DNA of 64,000 bases from Bacillota bacterium. GTDB lineage: Bacteria > Bacillota > Clostridia > Christensenellales > CAMQZB01. Every line of letters begins with the position of its first letter. Positions within the stretch are counted from its first letter, which is position 1. Below are positions 63,326 through 64,000 of the stretch, one piece after another. Location: positions 50,571-114,570 of the forward strand of contig JAWXUX010000006.1 in assembly GCA_044426045.1 (NCBI GenBank), given 5' to 3'. The translations under genes and the position numbers were made by a program. The notes beneath the pieces were generated by a model. The model was not told where the DNA came from and did no database searches. It saw only the letters and a list, made by a program, of their open reading frames with translations.

Positions 63326-63416
63326 TGCACTCTCCTTTTATTATATTTTGAAAAGGGAAACTCAAATATTTTATTCAAGTTTCCCTTATTTTTCTTTATG
63401 ATTTTTGCAAATAAGA

Positions 63417-64000
63417 TTATTTATTCATCATTGCTTTAAGAGCCGCAAGTTCGTCATCAACATTAGCTGAAGGCGCGCTGTCGTATTTGCTCATCAAATC
63501 GTCAACCGCATCTTTTGGAACTGCGTTGAGTTCTGCCATTGCGTTTGCTTTATCGATTTCGCTGTTAACTTTATCTTCAAGTCTTGAAAAAGAATCAAAC
63601 GAGCTGTTTGCTTTGTTTGTTGAACTCATCATTTCATTAACGCGTTGTTGCGCTTTTGCAGATTTGAGCTTAGCTTTGAGCGTAGCTCTTCTTGATTCGA
63701 GTTCAGTGATATCTTTTTGAAGTTTATCATGCATTGCACGCATGTTTTCCGCATTAGCTTTTGCAACGTCGCAAGCAGCTTGGAAAGTTTCAAGTTGAGG
63801 CGCAAGCATGCTTTTCTTTTCAAGGAATTTGCGAGCGTCTTCATCATTTCCAGCAGCGATTGCTTTCATTGCATAGTTTTGATATTTTTCCGAGTTTTCT
63901 TTGCACTCTGCAAGGTCGCGTTGTGTTCTTGAATATTCAGCCATAACTGAAGCAGTTTCTGACTTCACTTGTCCAAAATCTTTGTTCAAATTGCGAAGGC
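63417..64000 (-). CDS. pspA: PspA/IM30-family protein; 5' end beyond the window
   Basis: Coiled-coil sequence (..AMKAIAAGNEDDARKFLEKKSML.., ..ELESRRATLKAKLKSAKAQQRVNEMM..). The frame stays open upstream of the TTG given in the ORF track, out to position 64000. Confidence 0.8.
   Translation of the reverse strand, partial: LRNLNKDFGQVKSETASVMAEYSRTQRDLAECKENSEKYQNYAMKAIAAGNDEDARKFLEKKSMLAPQLETFQAACDVAKANAENMRAMHDKLQKDITELESRRATLKAKLKSAKAQQRVNEMMSSTNKANSSFDSFSRLEDKVNSEIDKANAMAELNAVPKDAVDDLMSKYDSAPSANVDDELAALKAMMNK

Noticed and set aside
3538-63946. Many 60-170-aa ORFs in the track that lie antisense to or nested within long genes (for example 855-1301, 4324-4680, 27206-27586, 36579-37061, 40331-40906, 52387-52917, 57277-57795)
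   Set aside because: They lie wholly inside longer ORFs that carry recognisable motifs. They lack an RBS and have skewed, low-complexity composition typical of antisense frames.

Overview
The window looks like a low-GC Bacillota (Clostridia-like) chromosome and has two very different halves. All calls come from reading motifs by eye; no searches were run.

**Left half (1 to ~26.5 kb).** This part is visibly AT-richer and is accessory DNA. I read it as two tandem integrative elements.
- The junctions are two diverged copies of the 3' half of a tRNA-Arg(CCU) gene (16083-16126 and 26469-26513). Each copy has an encoded CCA and its own terminator.
- A decayed third integrase fragment lies at 26707-26872.
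- Recognisable cargo:
  - an M.HaeIII-like m5C restriction-modification (R-M) module next to an HNH protein;
  - a 1000-aa SF1 helicase fused to a DUF559/Vsr-like nuclease, with a membrane partner;
  - a stand-alone P-loop NTPase;
  - an HgaI-like type IIS R-M operon (controller protein, two m5C methyltransferases, endonuclease) with a DUF2971 gene at its tail;
  - a tyrosine integrase;
  - two multi-HTH excisionase-like paralogues;
  - a 602-aa HEPN (Rx4H) protein.
- Uncharacterised cargo: a three-gene small/membrane-protein operon, and a five-gene operon at 11324-15110. The five-gene operon encodes a minimal nucleotidyltransferase (NTase) fused to an alpha/beta-hydrolase, an RHG phosphatase-like protein, a P-loop kinase-like protein, a 2-TM protein and a TPR-like protein. 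It has a consensus promoter and sits between ~160-bp direct repeats. It is my best candidate for an undescribed system.

**Right half (26.5-64 kb).** This part is ordinary core metabolism.
- Genes include aroK, a GltD-like oxidoreductase, DegV, CstA, transporters, a ManA-like isomerase and kduI with a KduD-like dehydrogenase.
- Further right are an AraC regulator, a heparinase II/III-like enzyme, a DtxR-family regulator, an ABC exporter pair, mtlA-mtlR-mtlF plus a zinc alcohol dehydrogenase, and a pspA-ydjGHI-like operon.
- From 45.6 to 60.8 kb almost every intergenic gap holds a copy of a ~200-bp palindromic REPIN/MITE-like element (REP-doublet / miniature-transposon-like). There are six full copies and one half copy, each tipped by heptamer microsatellites, (GGTGAAA)n or (GGTAATA)n. 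I do not recognise this element.
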